A DNA stretch of 64,000 bases from Tubulanus polymorphus (GCF_964204645.1 NC_134025.1:8060001-8124000); one strand, 5' to 3'; counted from the first letter of the stretch, positions 47,330 through 61,239 are shown. Program-made: numbers and translations. Notes: generated from the letters alone by a model not told the origin.

Positions 47330-48049
47330 GATACTACAGCTTGATTCAGATAGCTCGACGGAATAAACCCAGACTATCCGACAGAGAGATCGGGAACAGC
47401 GAACTGGTGAATAGCTTTTTAAAATTGATCTACGAATGATTAATATCGCATGAAACAATCAAATTACAGTGTGGAGGACGTTTTATCAAAAATATATATA
47501 TTTCTATACCTGATTTGCACTTATCAATTGAGACCAGACCGAATTACAACTACAATAGCATTTAGTTGCAGATTAATACAGATACAGATTAATTGCGCAA
47601 TCCAGGAAGTAAACTGAAACCATACTAAGTAGCTCCAATAACCGTCAGTGAACACACTTGCCAGAGTCTCCTTTCGGGAATTCTCCATAAAACAGCTATT
47701 TCCGGGTAAAAATCTAGAACGATCAGATTGAAATAGGACTTTGCCTTTCCTACCCAATTTTGTTGAATCCTCAATTGTGATGATTTAAGTACCAGTCCGC
47801 ATTAGAATGAAACTTCACATGTCTAAGTGGAAAATAAAATAAAGGCAACAAAACGTTGTATTTCTTAATTTGACTACAAAATTTATTTTATTTAACAAAT
47901 AGATTCTTAATAAACAACAAAATGAAATGAAATCCTTGGACGGATTGGATTGATCAGCAGTAAATATTTTGGTACAAAACTAAAAACCCCTTCAAGCATA
48001 AACATAGATAGCTTACATCCACCCATAACTATTTAAATCGAAATTATAA

Positions 48050-51000
48050 CTATTTCTTTCTAGGACTATGACTGACAGTAGTAGACTGTGACTGTTTGGT
48101 GTGGGTCCTCAGTTCACTGAGTTTTGTAGTTTCTACAGAAAGCCCCCCACCTCCAGTATGTGAGGTACTATGAACAGTACGCTGAGTTAATGAAGTACTT
48201 TCTGGCTGTAAAGTAGCTTTTGTGCTTGTCCTAGCAGTTCGTGGAGTAGACTGAACATTAGCATCGGCAACAACTTCAATCGCATCAGCTACCTTCAAAT
48301 CATCTTGGAGTTCTGGAGTATAATGATATCAAGATAAAGACTTCTTTTCAAACACCTTTCATAAATTACAGGAAAATATGAAATAATTTACCTTTTGGTC
48401 GTTTCTGAGTGACATTGTTCAGGAAAGATGCTAACATATCTAACTCACTCTTCAATTTGTCTGATATTTCACCGATCTGTTGTTCGCGGTGACCTGTTTT
48501 TTTTAGTAAGTTAGCCATATCTTCCAACAGTTTACTATCACGTTCTGCAAACTTCTCTTCCATTGAAATATCTTCCAACCAGTTACACATCAAACCATCT
48601 ATATTCAATACCCAGTAAATAAATCTTATTTAAACATATTTACATAGAAGTCAATGATTTGATATTGATTATTTCTTCAACACTGAGTACCGGCTTTTAT
48701 TCATATCTTATAATGAAAGCTACCTCTGTGATCTAACAATTCCTTTCTGAGACGTTCCTTGGCAGTGATATTGTCATCTATTTGTTGGTTGATATCTAAT
48801 ATCTTATTGTCCAAATTTGTACACGCCTAAAGGTTTAGAACAATTATCTATCATCAATTGAGCTGGAGCTCTGAACTCAACCACAACTAAGATATAGATG
48901 TACTTACAACAGAAAAACGATCATTTTCCTCCATCACAGTTTTCAGTTTACATCCTTGAGAGTAGATTTTCTTCTCAATTTCAGTACACTCTATGGCATG
49001 CTGCTTTATTTGTTCTCTGGCCTCCAATTGTTTTTTCTTTAGTTCAGCAGTAAACTCGGCCTTTAGAGAAATAATTACTTCAATGAATTTGGGGCATACG
49101 TCTTTTATAAAGAAGGGTATGAGATAAATTTGGGTAACTTACATATGGACGAGCCTGTTTTTCAATGTCTCGTTGAACTTTTTTTGTGGCATCATCAAGT
49201 GAATTCTTCTTATTTTTCAAAGCTTAAAAAATTACAATATGCCTATTACATGAATATTCAAGTAATGAACTAATTCATCAAAACAACATAATAATTTCAT
49301 GTACCTGCAACTTCCTTTTTCATATTGTCATAAAATACCACTTTTTCATCATGATCTTTCTGTAGCTGTTCAAACTCAGGCTGAAGTATTGCATATTTGT
49401 CTTGTTTTTCTCGAAGAGACTTTTCCATACTGGCGATATCGTTCTGTAAGTTAAGCAGGTCAATGTTAATGTAAAGAAAATGTCAAATAACTATTTCTTT
49501 TTTTCTAATTGAATACCTCCAAGTGAGCAATCTTTTCATCTAATGTATGCTGCATCGTGGTGAAATCTTCGTTAGCCTTAGCAAGTTCTTTAGTCAAAGT
49601 TTTTGTTCGTTTTTCACCACTTTTGATGTCTTTCTGCAACTGCTGAGACTGGAAATTGATTTACACACTTCAAATTGATATGTTATATTGTGTGGTAAGC
49701 CTATGATTCAGAAAAGTCACAATAACCAAGCAATATCAGCAAAAGCCAATACATTTCGTGAAGGCAACAGTACTGAAAATGCGATACACATGCAAGCATG
49801 TTAAGATTTAATATTTCACCAAATACCGTTTCTTACACCAGATACCAGAAGCATATTGAAATGTTTGAAAAAATACTTAGTTAGATATTGCATGTATTGC
49901 CCCTGACCCAATGAAATAGATATGTACAATACATGGACATGCAGAATAATCACATTGGACTTATACCTCTACACTACTTTCTGTGGCAATTTTTAACTGA
50001 AATTCATTGCCAAAAGAAAAAGACTAATGACATACACGCAAACATGGTATTTTAACTCCAAACATGGTATTTTAACTCTCCACATTTAGTAATACTCCAT
50101 TATCAGACAGTCTGCCAAAGAACTATAACCTAACGAATTCAGTAAATAAATTACTACTGACCTCTTTTGATAAGTTTTCATGCTCAGTTTTCGCTTCATT
50201 GATTTTCTTGTTCATCCTTCTCATATATTTTTGATACTCTTGTCTAAATGCATCGACTTCTTTTTGTACGCCTTCTCGATCTCCTTGCAGATCCATTCTG
50301 TACAGTAGAAACAGTGATTTCATATGAATTGTACCATCTTGATAACTGCAAACATGCTTTCCTTGAATTTCAAATTATCTTACCGATCTTTACGTTCTTT
50401 TGCAAGTTGTTCCCTCGATTCGTCTATTTGCTTATTCAATGATGCAACAACTGCCCTAAAAACATAAAATGCATGCACACAATGTATTACAGCGAATTTC
50501 ACAAAAACCAATAAAAAACTGAAATTTGCTTTGATTCTCATTACTTATGTGTCTCTGCCATTTCAGAAATACGCTCATCCATGTCGAAACTTTCTTTTTG
50601 CAACTCGCCACAGTCTTCTGCTTTTTTGGCAAGATCATCCTTTGCCCTCTGCAGACTGTCACGAAAAAATAAAAACATCATTCAAGTATGATTGAAAAGG
50701 AAATACCATCTTAATGTTTATCTTTAATTACTGACTCAAAGGGCGTCTTACTTTTCATTCAGTTCATTCACCAAAGCTTGATCTTTTTTTCTGATTTCAA
50801 GAACACCTTCATACTCTTTAAAGACGAGATATTCATCATTCAAGAAATTATTTAAGAAATTGTCAGAGTTTCCGATTACAACAATCATTCAAATACATGT
50901 AACTCATGATCACCTTTTTGAAACCTATCTTTTTCTTCTTCTAGATTTTCACCCTTTTCCCTTTCGTCTTCAGTATCACCGACAAGCTGTAAGGAAACAA

Positions 51001-54000
51001 ATATGAACTTTTTGCAACAAAGCTAAACCATTTTGCTGACGAATTCTTTAAAAAGATGAATAACACTGAACCTTGTTTAAATGTTGAAACATACGCTTCA
51101 CACGTTCTTCATGTTCCTTCTGTTCATTTTCAGTTTTCTTCACAATGTCCAGGCTAACATAAAACATTTGCTTTAGTATACATCAATTTGCAATCAAGAA
51201 TAGGAAATCATTGATGAACACATACCCTTTTTGACGTAGTGCATTATTCATAGTAATTTTTCGATTCAATTCATCAGTTAGTGCTATCTCTTGTGCTTCC
51301 ATATTAGCTTTTGACATTTCATGTCTCTGAATATTCTAATATATACAAAGAAAAAGATTGAGGTATCATGAAATAATGAAAAGATATTTTATCCATAAGA
51401 TATCTTGAGAAGATTCGTAGAGTAGCTGTTTTAACCCGGTTTAGAATAAATAACAAGACGAGTGGTACTATATAGGTTAACTATTTATTTTACACACGAG
51501 CTTTCGCTACTTATGTAAAGAAGCTTCACCAAGCTTTCACCTGATGAAGCTTCTATACATTAGTAGCGAAAGCTCGTGCGTCAAATAAATAGTTAACCTA
51601 TATAGTACCACTCGTCTCGTCATTTATTCTAAACCCGGTTAACACAGCTACTCTACGAATCTTCTCAAGATATCTTATGGATATAAACATATTTTCTGGA
51701 GTACTTTTTACACAAACCTGATTTAATATAGTAATACAATCTTCAGTATCTTTTTTCTTCTTCATTAATCCACTTAATTCACTACAATTCAATGAAATTA
51801 CACCAATGACAATTGAATGACACACAGCGAATGACAGCTGCCCTTATTTCAAAATACATACAGGTCTTTTTTCCGATTTTCTTGTTTCTGCTCTTTAGAT
51901 TTCTTATCAGTTTCAGCCTGGAAATGACATGTTACAAATGTTTTGATACCAAATCATTAGAAAAAACTTCTTCATGGCTTAAATCACCTCCTTTCATAGA
52001 TCTCACACAATGTATGATAAATATCCTCTTCCATAAGCTTACTATCTACACCATATATACTCATATTAAGAACTAAAGCAATAGCCATAATATTGTTATC
52101 ATTACTCGCTATCATTATAAGCATATCTAAATCTATGTATAATTCGATGATCATTCACCACTCTATAACAGCTGAAAAAGCCAACACAATCTCTTCTTTT
52201 TAACTATTGCTATATTAACCCTAAACCCTTTTAGAAGGCAAAATACATCAGTTCGGCCAATCTAAACCCATGCCTTCCATAGTATACATGTATAATATAT
52301 TCATGGGTTTACCAAAGAAACATGTCAATGTTCGATGTACCTCTATGTCCTAAGAATATAATTTTAAATTCATTACAGATTGAAATTTTTTTGACACAAA
52401 CAAAATGATGAAAACAATACGTAGTAAACATACAATTAGGTCTTTCAATCGTTTTTTCTCATGCCGATGCTCCAAACGTTCTTGAATCAGGTCCTCTTTC
52501 AAAGTGACAATCCCTTCTTCAAGTTCGATGATCTGAAATCATAGTTTTATACGGCAAATATCATACGTAGGTCCAGTCAATAAGACATTACGAGGAGGCA
52601 AATTTTAGTTAAGCTTACCTTTTCATTTGTTTCTCGTAGTTTGTCCCTAGTTTCATTAAGCATTATCTGTTTGGATGCTTTGTCTGCCAGCCGATGGTTC
52701 AATTCAGCTATAATTTCTTCATGTTCAGAGCGAACTCGATCTCTTTCCGGGCTATGATAAAAAATTGATACGTCATACAACTATATCCATAATTATTTGA
52801 AAATGGATGATGACTTTAAGTTTAAGAAGTAGCAGAAAGGAATCTATTTTCTAAGATGAAACATACTGCAATATAGCATTTTCTTTTTCAAGTTCTTCAA
52901 GTTTATTCTCAAGTGTTGAAGTGGACTTATTTATCTCATCAAGTTGCTCTTGTAACCTCTTCAGCTGAGCCTCATTCGAAGCACGGGCAACATTAACAGC
53001 AACTAAAATAAATGAAAAACAGGCACATTTCAAGAGTGAGACTAATGAATTGAAAACGACTTGGTTTATTGGACAAGACAAGATATTTGAGCCTTACATG
53101 GCCCAAGTCCAATATAAGTTGAAATATAGAGGACACTATTGGCACTATTTTCTACTTCTATCAGACTTATTGGCCAGTCATATTAGTTAACACCTCGAAC
53201 TATAGACTGTTAATAATATAATAATATAACTTTATTTTCCCTCGAATAACAACACGATTATATACATACAAAGTTATATGAAAGAATACAAGGGTACTAT
53301 TATATATAAGTGTCATCATGGGCACATAAGTGTTAAGCTCTAGTCTATACATCCATGTTAGTTACCTAATCATCGGTGGCAAGTGTTTTTTATCGGATGG
53401 GCTTATAAATGCTTTGTGAAAATATCCAATCATGAAACTAAACCACAGACGGCTTAATATGAGACAATAACATGATTACTTACTCGCTATTTCCCTTTCT
53501 ATTTCTTCAGGAAAGAATTTTAATTTATGTCGGTGTATGCTGGCCTTGATAGTTTCAGTTTCCAGTTTATGGTGAGACTGACTTCTCTCAATTTCCTACA
53601 AATTAATGAAAAAAATTTAAATTAATCAAGCGATAATTTTCTGTTGTACGTTGTTGTTAAAAAATACTATGTTAATCACAAGATTTCAAAATACGAAAAA
53701 TGTACATACAAGCTCTTGAATAGCTTCAATGACAATGTCGATATTGGACACATCACGACTGTTAAACCCTATCAAATCTAATTTCATTCGTTCCCCTGAA
53801 AAATATTGACATAACAATAACATTTGACAGTATTATATATGCAATGCATCGAATGATTAACGAACGAGTGAGAAGACATTTTCTTCGGCTGACATGCCCT
53901 TTATTTCAACAAAAAAAAGTAATACACACTTGTCTTAATACGTACCAAGTTCGAGTAAATGCTGAACAGCATTGTTTATCCCTGGAACCTCTGAAATAGT

Positions 54001-54015
54001 TGAAATAGAGCTCAT
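48050..54015 (-). CDS. CCDC175: Coiled-coil domain-containing protein 175-like (about 20 exons)
   Basis: MSSISTISEVPGINNAVQHLLEL..., LETETIKASIHRHKLKFFPEEIEREIA|IAVNVARASNEAQL..., AELNHRLADKASKQIMLNETRDKL resemble the CCDC175 N-terminal region as recalled. Long heptad-rich exons are in phase. Confidence 0.7.
51391..51682 (+). mobile_element. Fold-back hammerhead-bearing element, copy C (CCDC175 intron), ~290-bp palindrome
   Basis: Arms 51391-~51528 and ~51538-51682 are near-perfect reverse complements; cac-CTGATGA-agcttctatacattagtagc-GAAA-gc-TC|-gtg at 51538-51578. Confidence 0.88.
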
Positions 54016-54909
54016 GATAGTGCACAGAGTTTGACACTGACAGACAGAATATTTTACATCGAAAAGTTGTTGTCAAGGTCTTGATCTACAACTTGCGTGA
54101 GAGCCTTATTGGGTTCGAATCCTGGATTTTCACCAGGCGTGATCCTACTCGGACTGAGGTACGGACGTAACACGATGTGGGCAAATGGGACAAGTGAACA
54201 TAACAAAAAGCATTAAAAAGAGCCTACACATGTGCACAGTTCTATGAAAAGACTGTGTCTCACTTATTTATGGGGTTGCGTGACCCCACGCTTATCTGGA
54301 TTAGGCTTTTCTAGCCAGCGCATATCAGTTTGCGGCTCTGGCAAAATGCGCAAAATGCGCACACTAAGCCCATTATGAGTTTTCCGGTTTGCTCGGCTAC
54401 CCGTACTGGCGGGGTAGTCTAGAGAGGCCAATGAAAACCCCGGTTTGCCGAACTACCCCTCTTTGCGGGGATGCGGTATGATGTTTGATCTGACAGTTTC
54501 AAGTGGTTAATGGCTGTTTCAAGTGCTTACAACGATGCTTATTACTTTGTGGTACATGGTGGTTTAAAAAAAGATTTCATAATAATATGCTCACCGCGTG
54601 GGCTTCGTAGAAAGACCACTGCCTGTGGCCTTCCCAAATTTTAATTGTCCTATCCGATTTGGTTTCGTCCAATTGAGAGACTGCCTTTTCCAGTTAGGGC
54701 ATTTTTGGATCACATAACTCAGGAATTGACTTACGCTTTTGGGCCCATTCGTCGGTTCCACATGTTTCATTTGAGCTATTGACCACAATGGTGACACCAT
54801 GATGGCCAGAAACTGACCAATTGAGATATCCCCGAGTCTGACCACTTGACTTCGAATTTCGGAAATTTTTCAAGTCATGTTTGTTTTCAAACTACTGAAG
54901 AATCATTGC

Positions 54910-55135
54910 AAATTCATAAACTGACCATCACTGACCACCACTGACAAATTCAAACCCCTTGAATTTGAAAACTATATACCGCGTTGTGGTGTCAAACTAG
55001 AAAGGATTCGCCATAAATATTGAGAATTCATAAATTGACCATCACTGACCACCACTGACCAATTCATGCTTCTCGAATATGAGAACGATATACATGTACC
55101 ACGTTACGGTGTCAAACTAGAAAGGATTCGCCATC
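54910..55135. repeat. Two ~115-bp direct repeats
   Basis: attcataaa.tgaccatcactgaccaccactgac...gtcaaactagaaaggattcgccat occurs twice. Confidence 0.8.
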
Positions 55136-55137
55136 AC

Positions 55138-56299
55138 GACACCCCTGTACATCCTCTATATATTCAGCATCAGGACCTCTCTGATCAGCATCAGTAATTA
55201 CTGGGTCCGAACCCGGGACACCCCGGTACATCCTCCATTAAGCATCAGGGCCACTCGTTCAAACCCAGTTATTGCTGATACTGATTCAGAGTGGTCCTGA
55301 TGCTGAATGGAGGATGTACAGGGGTGTCCCGGGTTCGAACCCAGTAATTACTGATGCTGATTCAGAGTGGTCCTGATGCTGAATATATAGAGGATGTACA
55401 GGGGTGTCCTGAATCAGTTATCAGTAATAACTTTTGTTAAGATATCAACATTTTACCGTACGGTGCTGTCTCCACGCTCATCGTTAGCGGGATTTTTATA
55501 CACTAACGTTAGTCAACTCTGGCAAGCTAAGGTCACGGAGTCTGGACAGCACGTCGATTGCCAGAGTTGACTTTAGTTAGTGTATGAAAATCCCGCTAAC
55601 GATGAGCACAGCGGCAGCACTGTACGGTCTGGACACCCCTGTACATCCTTTATTCAGCATCAGGACAACTCTGAATCAGTATCAGTAATTACTGGGTTTG
55701 AACCCAGGACACCCCTGTACATCCTCTATTCAGCATCAGTACCACTCTGAACCAGTATCAGTAATTACTGTGTTCGAACCTGGGACACCCCTGTTCATCC
55801 TTAAACCATCACGACCACTCTGAATCACAGTAATTGATGGGTTTGAACCCGGGACACCCCTGTACATCCTCCATTCAGCATCAGGACCACTCTGAATCAG
55901 TATCAGTAATTACTGGGTTTGAACCTGGGACACCCCTGTACGTTCTCTATTCAGCATCAGGACCACTCTGAATCAGTATCAGCAATTATTGGGTTTGAAC
56001 GCGGGACAGCCCTGTTCATCCTTTATCCATCAGGACCACTCTGAATCACAGCAATTGGTAGGTTTGAACCCGGGATACCCCTGTACATCCTCTATTCAGC
56101 ATCAGAACCACTCTGAATCAGTATCAGTAATTACTGGGTTTGAACCCGGGACACCCCCGTACATCCTCTATTCAGCATCAGAACCACTCTGAATCAGCAT
56201 CAGTAATGACTGGATTCGAACCCGGGACACCCCTGTGCATCCTCTATTCAGCATCAGGACCACTCTGAACTAGTATCAGTAATTACTGGGTTCGAACCT
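55138..56299. repeat. ~76-bp satellite array (about 12 units, with an inverted block at ~55257-55410)
   Basis: Unit gggacacccctgtacatcctctattcagcatcaggaccactctgaatcagtatcagtaattactgggtt(t/c)gaaccc. Confidence 0.92.
55455..55628. mobile_element. ~175-bp palindromic MITE inside the satellite
   Basis: accgtacggtgctg..gctcatcgttagcgggatttt..agtcaactctggcaa / ttgccagagttgact..aaaatcccgctaacgatgagc..cagcactgtacggt. Confidence 0.8.
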
Positions 56300-57013
56300 T
56301 AGAGACGATCAGGAGGTCATCGGCTACATTTACCGAAAGCATGAAGAAAATAAAAACAATGATTTTTACAAGAGAAACACAAATCTCGTGTAATTAATCA
56401 TGTAATGTTAACACCAAAAGAAGGATACTGGGTGCCACTTTTAAAGGCAAAGTTAACTATTCAGGACTCTGCTTCTGTATATAAAAATCAAACCGATCAT
56501 CAGTGGAAATATCAAATTAGCGGGTGGTGAAATATACATGCCGTCACAAAATATTGCCGAAGGGCACTTAAATTTTAGACTGTACGAACAATGTATTGGG
56601 TAATACGGTCTGGATCCGCCCCTGATGGCTTTAGTGACAATCAAAAAGATTGCTAATTTTGTAATTACTCTTCGGCAGCTCAACACTCGCTTCTAACCGG
56701 TCAACAAGTGTTAGTGTGTCCGGGTTGAAGTGGTAAGCTGTATTGCCAATATTCGATTATCATGTTTTCCGGACATCCTCGTCTCCGCACAATGTTGGTG
56801 GGAATATTGGTTTGAAAATAGTGGATTGCAAGATTCCAAAAAACCACTGACTGGTGAACTAACAAAGTTCAGACAGAGTAGCTAAACAGATAAAGAATTT
56901 CAATCATATTTATTCTCATACAGTGTACAACAATCATACAAAATGCCAGGTTTGTGCTCGAGGAATTATAACGTAAGCTCCTCAACGTGGACTGTATTTC
57001 AAAAACAGTCCAA

Positions 57014-57120
57014 CCATGGATGTATAAACTATAAACTAGAGTTTATACATCCATGGTCCAACCATAGACTCTAAAACAGAAACGTCTATGGCCTACAACC
57101 ATGGACTTTCGAGTCCATGG
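57014..57120. repeat. Three adjacent mini-hairpins with CCAT(G/A)GA...TC(C/T)ATGG ends
   Basis: Hairpins at 57014-57056, 57062-57091 and 57099-57120, each preceded by caa. Confidence 0.75.
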
Positions 57121-58423
57121 CTCCCCGCACTAAAACCAGAGATAAACCTGGCCAAATACTCTGGAAAGCGTAGGATTAAGTAATCAATCTGATTTACATT
57201 TTTACATCATTTTATTTTCACATATCATATTATTAACTTTTAGCTTATTTTCTCAAATTTTAATAGTAATTTTATTTCTATTACTATAAATGAAATTGTA
57301 ATAACTCTATACCACAAAAGTAACATGTAAAGTATTTCGAAGTTTTAATATACAATACATCTCCACTACTACTGATTTTTATACAATTTGCATCAATAGG
57401 AAAATAACAAAAATACACAAAGAATTATAAACTTTTATCCATAAAACACAGCAAATATGACTAGTCTGAAAGTCTAAGATAATGAATTTGACAATTCATG
57501 AGGTCAATATAACCGACACTTTGTTATATTTCATGAAATATGAATCTACCGTGTCAACTTTTCAAATGACATTTAATTATCAAGAAAAAGCTCAACTAGA
57601 ATCGATACGACCTTAATTCAGCGTTTTAAGAACAATTGACATGAACATTTCGTTTTTTATTTTAAACAGTCTTTGATTTAATTTTCAATAACATTATTTT
57701 AAAAGATAACTAGAGTTTTGCAACCTTTGCCTTGTCTTTAAGAGATTTTCAGACATGATCAAATTGGTTATTTTCTCAAATGTTACATTTAATGCAAAGT
57801 ATGTTGGAGGCATTCTCTTCTATGCATTCAGCAAGATAAATCCAGTATATAAATATTGTTCAACTGTCAATTTTAACACAGCTCGGTCAATTACAACATG
57901 TAATAACTTATTGCTTAGATATCTACAATTAAGTTAGATTCAATAATTTTTTGAGGTGCTTCTCGTGCAGATATTTCAGGACCCATATAGACATATTTAA
58001 GCCATGGTTTTAGAGTCCATATATAGCTAGCAAAATTTACTGATTAATACTGTTCATATATCCTCATTAATCAAGAGAATGCTCCTCTATTTTGCTCCTC
58101 CATTTTCCATAAGGACCTTAATAAAAAATAGTATTTTATGAACCACTGAAAAGCACCACAGTGAAAAAGTTGCAATACACGTAGCTGAACAATTGAAAAG
58201 TTTTAACATGAATGACGAACATGTATGTCGTTTTTTTAATGAGTTATTTAAAAACAGTTCAGAATAAAAACATGAATACATTACACCTACAAATTCACTC
58301 ACACTGGAGAGTGTAAGGTTAACTAATTAATCTTACTTATTACAAGAAAACTAAAAACATTGCCAAATTTTCCTTGTCTATTATCAACTAGCTTATTTCA
58401 CAAATGTTACATTTGAAATAAAG

Positions 58424-58673
58424 CAGGGTCTGATCTAAGCGCTAGTTCAATTGCCCGGGACGAGTATATTTTCATTAGGGCAAGTAGGTTATCATTATCG
58501 CTCATCCACCGGGCTTGTGTAATTCTATATCTCAAAGCTTTTATCCCACTCGATGCAAGGGATGATTGTGTCACAATCGGACTGCTCATGTAGGGCACGT
58601 TGAGGGGCAAGCGATATTACATATTATGCTTGCCCTGCGGTCGAATGGCATTTATTCCTTAGATCAAACCCTG
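58424..58673. mobile_element. 250-bp MITE with CAGGG-type (hAT-like) 16-bp TIRs
   Basis: cagggtctgatctaag ... cttagatcaaaccctg; no clear 8-bp TSD. Confidence 0.65.
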
Positions 58674-60251
58674 CAAACTATTATAAAGGAAATTCTTCTT
58701 GTCCAGACATTACAGGCCCCACACAGACGCGGTTAAACCGATAATCAAAACAAAGCTTGGACGATTGACCAATTAGCACTGCATCCACAAATTATCCTCT
58801 ATTTTCAACAGGGCCTTAATTAAATCAGTATTTTATGGACGACTGATAAGCACTAAAGTGAAATTGTTGCTATAAAACTTAACAACTGAAAAGGTTCCAC
58901 ATGAATGATGAAAATGTACATTGTTTTATTCACACAACAATAATATCTTAATCGAGGAATCATCGTGTAAGTTCCTAATTTACAAACACGTGAACTGTAT
59001 TACAATAACAGTCTCTAACATAAAGCGTTAAAACTAGAGATGAAACATACTGATTCACTCCAGAAATCTTGGAGTATCAATTTATCATTCTTAATTTCTT
59101 TTTCGTAAACATTACTTTCACTTTAAAACTAGAATTTTGCCAACTTTGCCCGACTTAAAGATTTTCGAGCACCTTGGCATTAAATACTAACTAAAAAAAA
59201 GAAAATGCTAAAAACAACAACAGAAAAGATCTCGGGTTTTCGCTATACTTAGGGAAGGTTGTTCGATAAACCATTAAAATAAAAGAAGTTCAAACAGCTA
59301 TAAACAATGTTAAAACGTTCAAAATTAGTCCTAGCTATAACTTTAGCTTTACCTCTCAAATGTAAATAATGGTCTCCTTTTAGATAAAGCTTTTGCTTTC
59401 AAATACGTAACATCGATGCAGATTGATGGAGGCTCAAAGTTAAAACTCCATGTGAAAATCGACATATATGATTCATTTCTCAAATTGGTTACACGGGCCT
59501 TCGAAAATATCAATGCCGTCAAATTAGTACATCTACAATTCTGAAAATACTTATTTTTTGTACATAGAACGTTATGTTCTATGTTTCCTAACCATGTGAT
59601 ATCTACAGGGCAAAGCCACTGTGTTGACTCTGTTTAACTATGTTAAGCACAATAAAACTTACAATATCATGTTGAAACTATATCTCAGTTTAGGCGTTAA
59701 CTCAACAGACCTACGACTCAAAACTAGGCGCTCGACGCGACCATTTACTCCTAGTGACTAAGCAACTCGACTTATCTATCAACCTAAGATCGAAGACCAA
59801 TATCGTGAATTAATGGAGCTTAGCTTTTATTAGACTCTAAGAAGGATATTTCTGTCACATTGCAAAACACATGACACATCTTTTTACAAACTCATTATAA
59901 AATAGTTTTCTCTATATTGAAATATTCAAACGAGTTCCTTTCTCAGGCCAAAGGAACCTAATTATCTAACTAATTATCTAACTATTTTCAATATTCGACT
60001 CAACAACTATTTTCATACTCCATTCCACGCAATCAGGTAAATTTTTTAAACTATGTTACCTATCAGACTGGTCTGAAAAAGGGTGATATTAGTAAAAAAT
60101 TCAATACTTTACTACAGAGGTCTTTGCCACTGCTAGATCTCAGTATTCATGAGATAAACCATTGTCTTTGCTGCTTCGGTGTTTATCCTGAATCAGATTT
60201 TATAAGATAATCCATTGTCTTTGCTGTGCGAATCAGTGTTTATAAGATACA

Positions 60252-61078
60252 CTATAATCTCTGCTGCTCCTGATAAAATATTTTATAGAAATCGACCACT
60301 GATTGTAGAAGATTCCATCGTTGAGTGATTAATCCGTCGCTGGCTCCTAAACTTCTCATCTGGGCTTCTGCAGTTTTCATCAGCAAATGGGTCAATGGGT
60401 ATTTGTCTACTTGTGTCTTCTTCAGGCCATTATTTCCGGGATGTAGTTTGACTGAAACTAAGTGAAGAAAGCAAAACATTTTAGACAGATTTATCATAAC
60501 TTACATGTCATTTCAAATTACAAGCCACCGTGTTTTTCACTTAGTTAATATAGTTATTTCCAAAATCAGAATTAGGTTCATTGACGTCAATTGCCGATTT
60601 AAACCCCAATAAATAATTGCAGTAGTAGGACTAGTTCATTAATGTTTAAGCTTGGAGTAATCATTTGAAAAATTTATTACTCCAAGGTGCTAGTCTAGTA
60701 AAGATAAAAGTTCTAAGATCAGCCATGTGGACAGGTAAATAGATTTCGATGATAATCACTTATCAAATGATATTCATATGAGGCCTGAAATTTCTATATA
60801 CCGGTAATTTCCATCTAATGAGTTTGATTCTTCTGTGGGTTGTTCAAATCCGTAGATTTCAGATGAGTAGTTGATTTTAAGCTGGTCTCTTTCTTATAGT
60901 TGAAACTTAGCTGCAATGAGTAAATAAATATATCCTGTAATCACGACATTTAGAAATCATCGTAAAAACTCCATGTATATCAAGTTACCTTTTATGGTTG
61001 TTTCTGTTTTCTCTAATTGGCAGATTTTTGATGAGTTGTTGACCTCAAGCTCTCGTTTGACTTTTCGAGTTGGTGTCC
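60252..61078 (-). pseudogene. Possible decayed three-exon gene fragment
   Basis: Splice-site-bounded, phase-compatible segments 61078-60989, 60910-60802 and 60451-60252. The first two are mutually similar (SLRSTTHQKS / SLKSTTHLKS) but contain stops. Confidence 0.3.
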
Positions 61079-61239
61079 CTTACAAACCTACCACACCTGG
61101 CGGGAGCGATACGGCGGTTTTTTCAAAATCGGAAATCGAAGTACAGATATAGTTGCGTGATCGGCGGTCGTTTTTACAGATCTTTTTTTTAAAGTCCAAG
61201 AACATAATTGGTAATTCGGTTCCGGTTCATTCAAACAAT

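Noticed and set aside
55138-56299. CRISPR-like array or hammerhead satellite (CTGATG in each unit)
   Set aside because: Units are contiguous with no unique spacers and no cas genes in a eukaryotic context. CTGATG is followed by C/G and there is no GAAA core.
58407-58610. 67-aa ORF MPLNVPYMSSP...
   Set aside because: Lies within a TIR-bounded MITE and has no recognisable domain.
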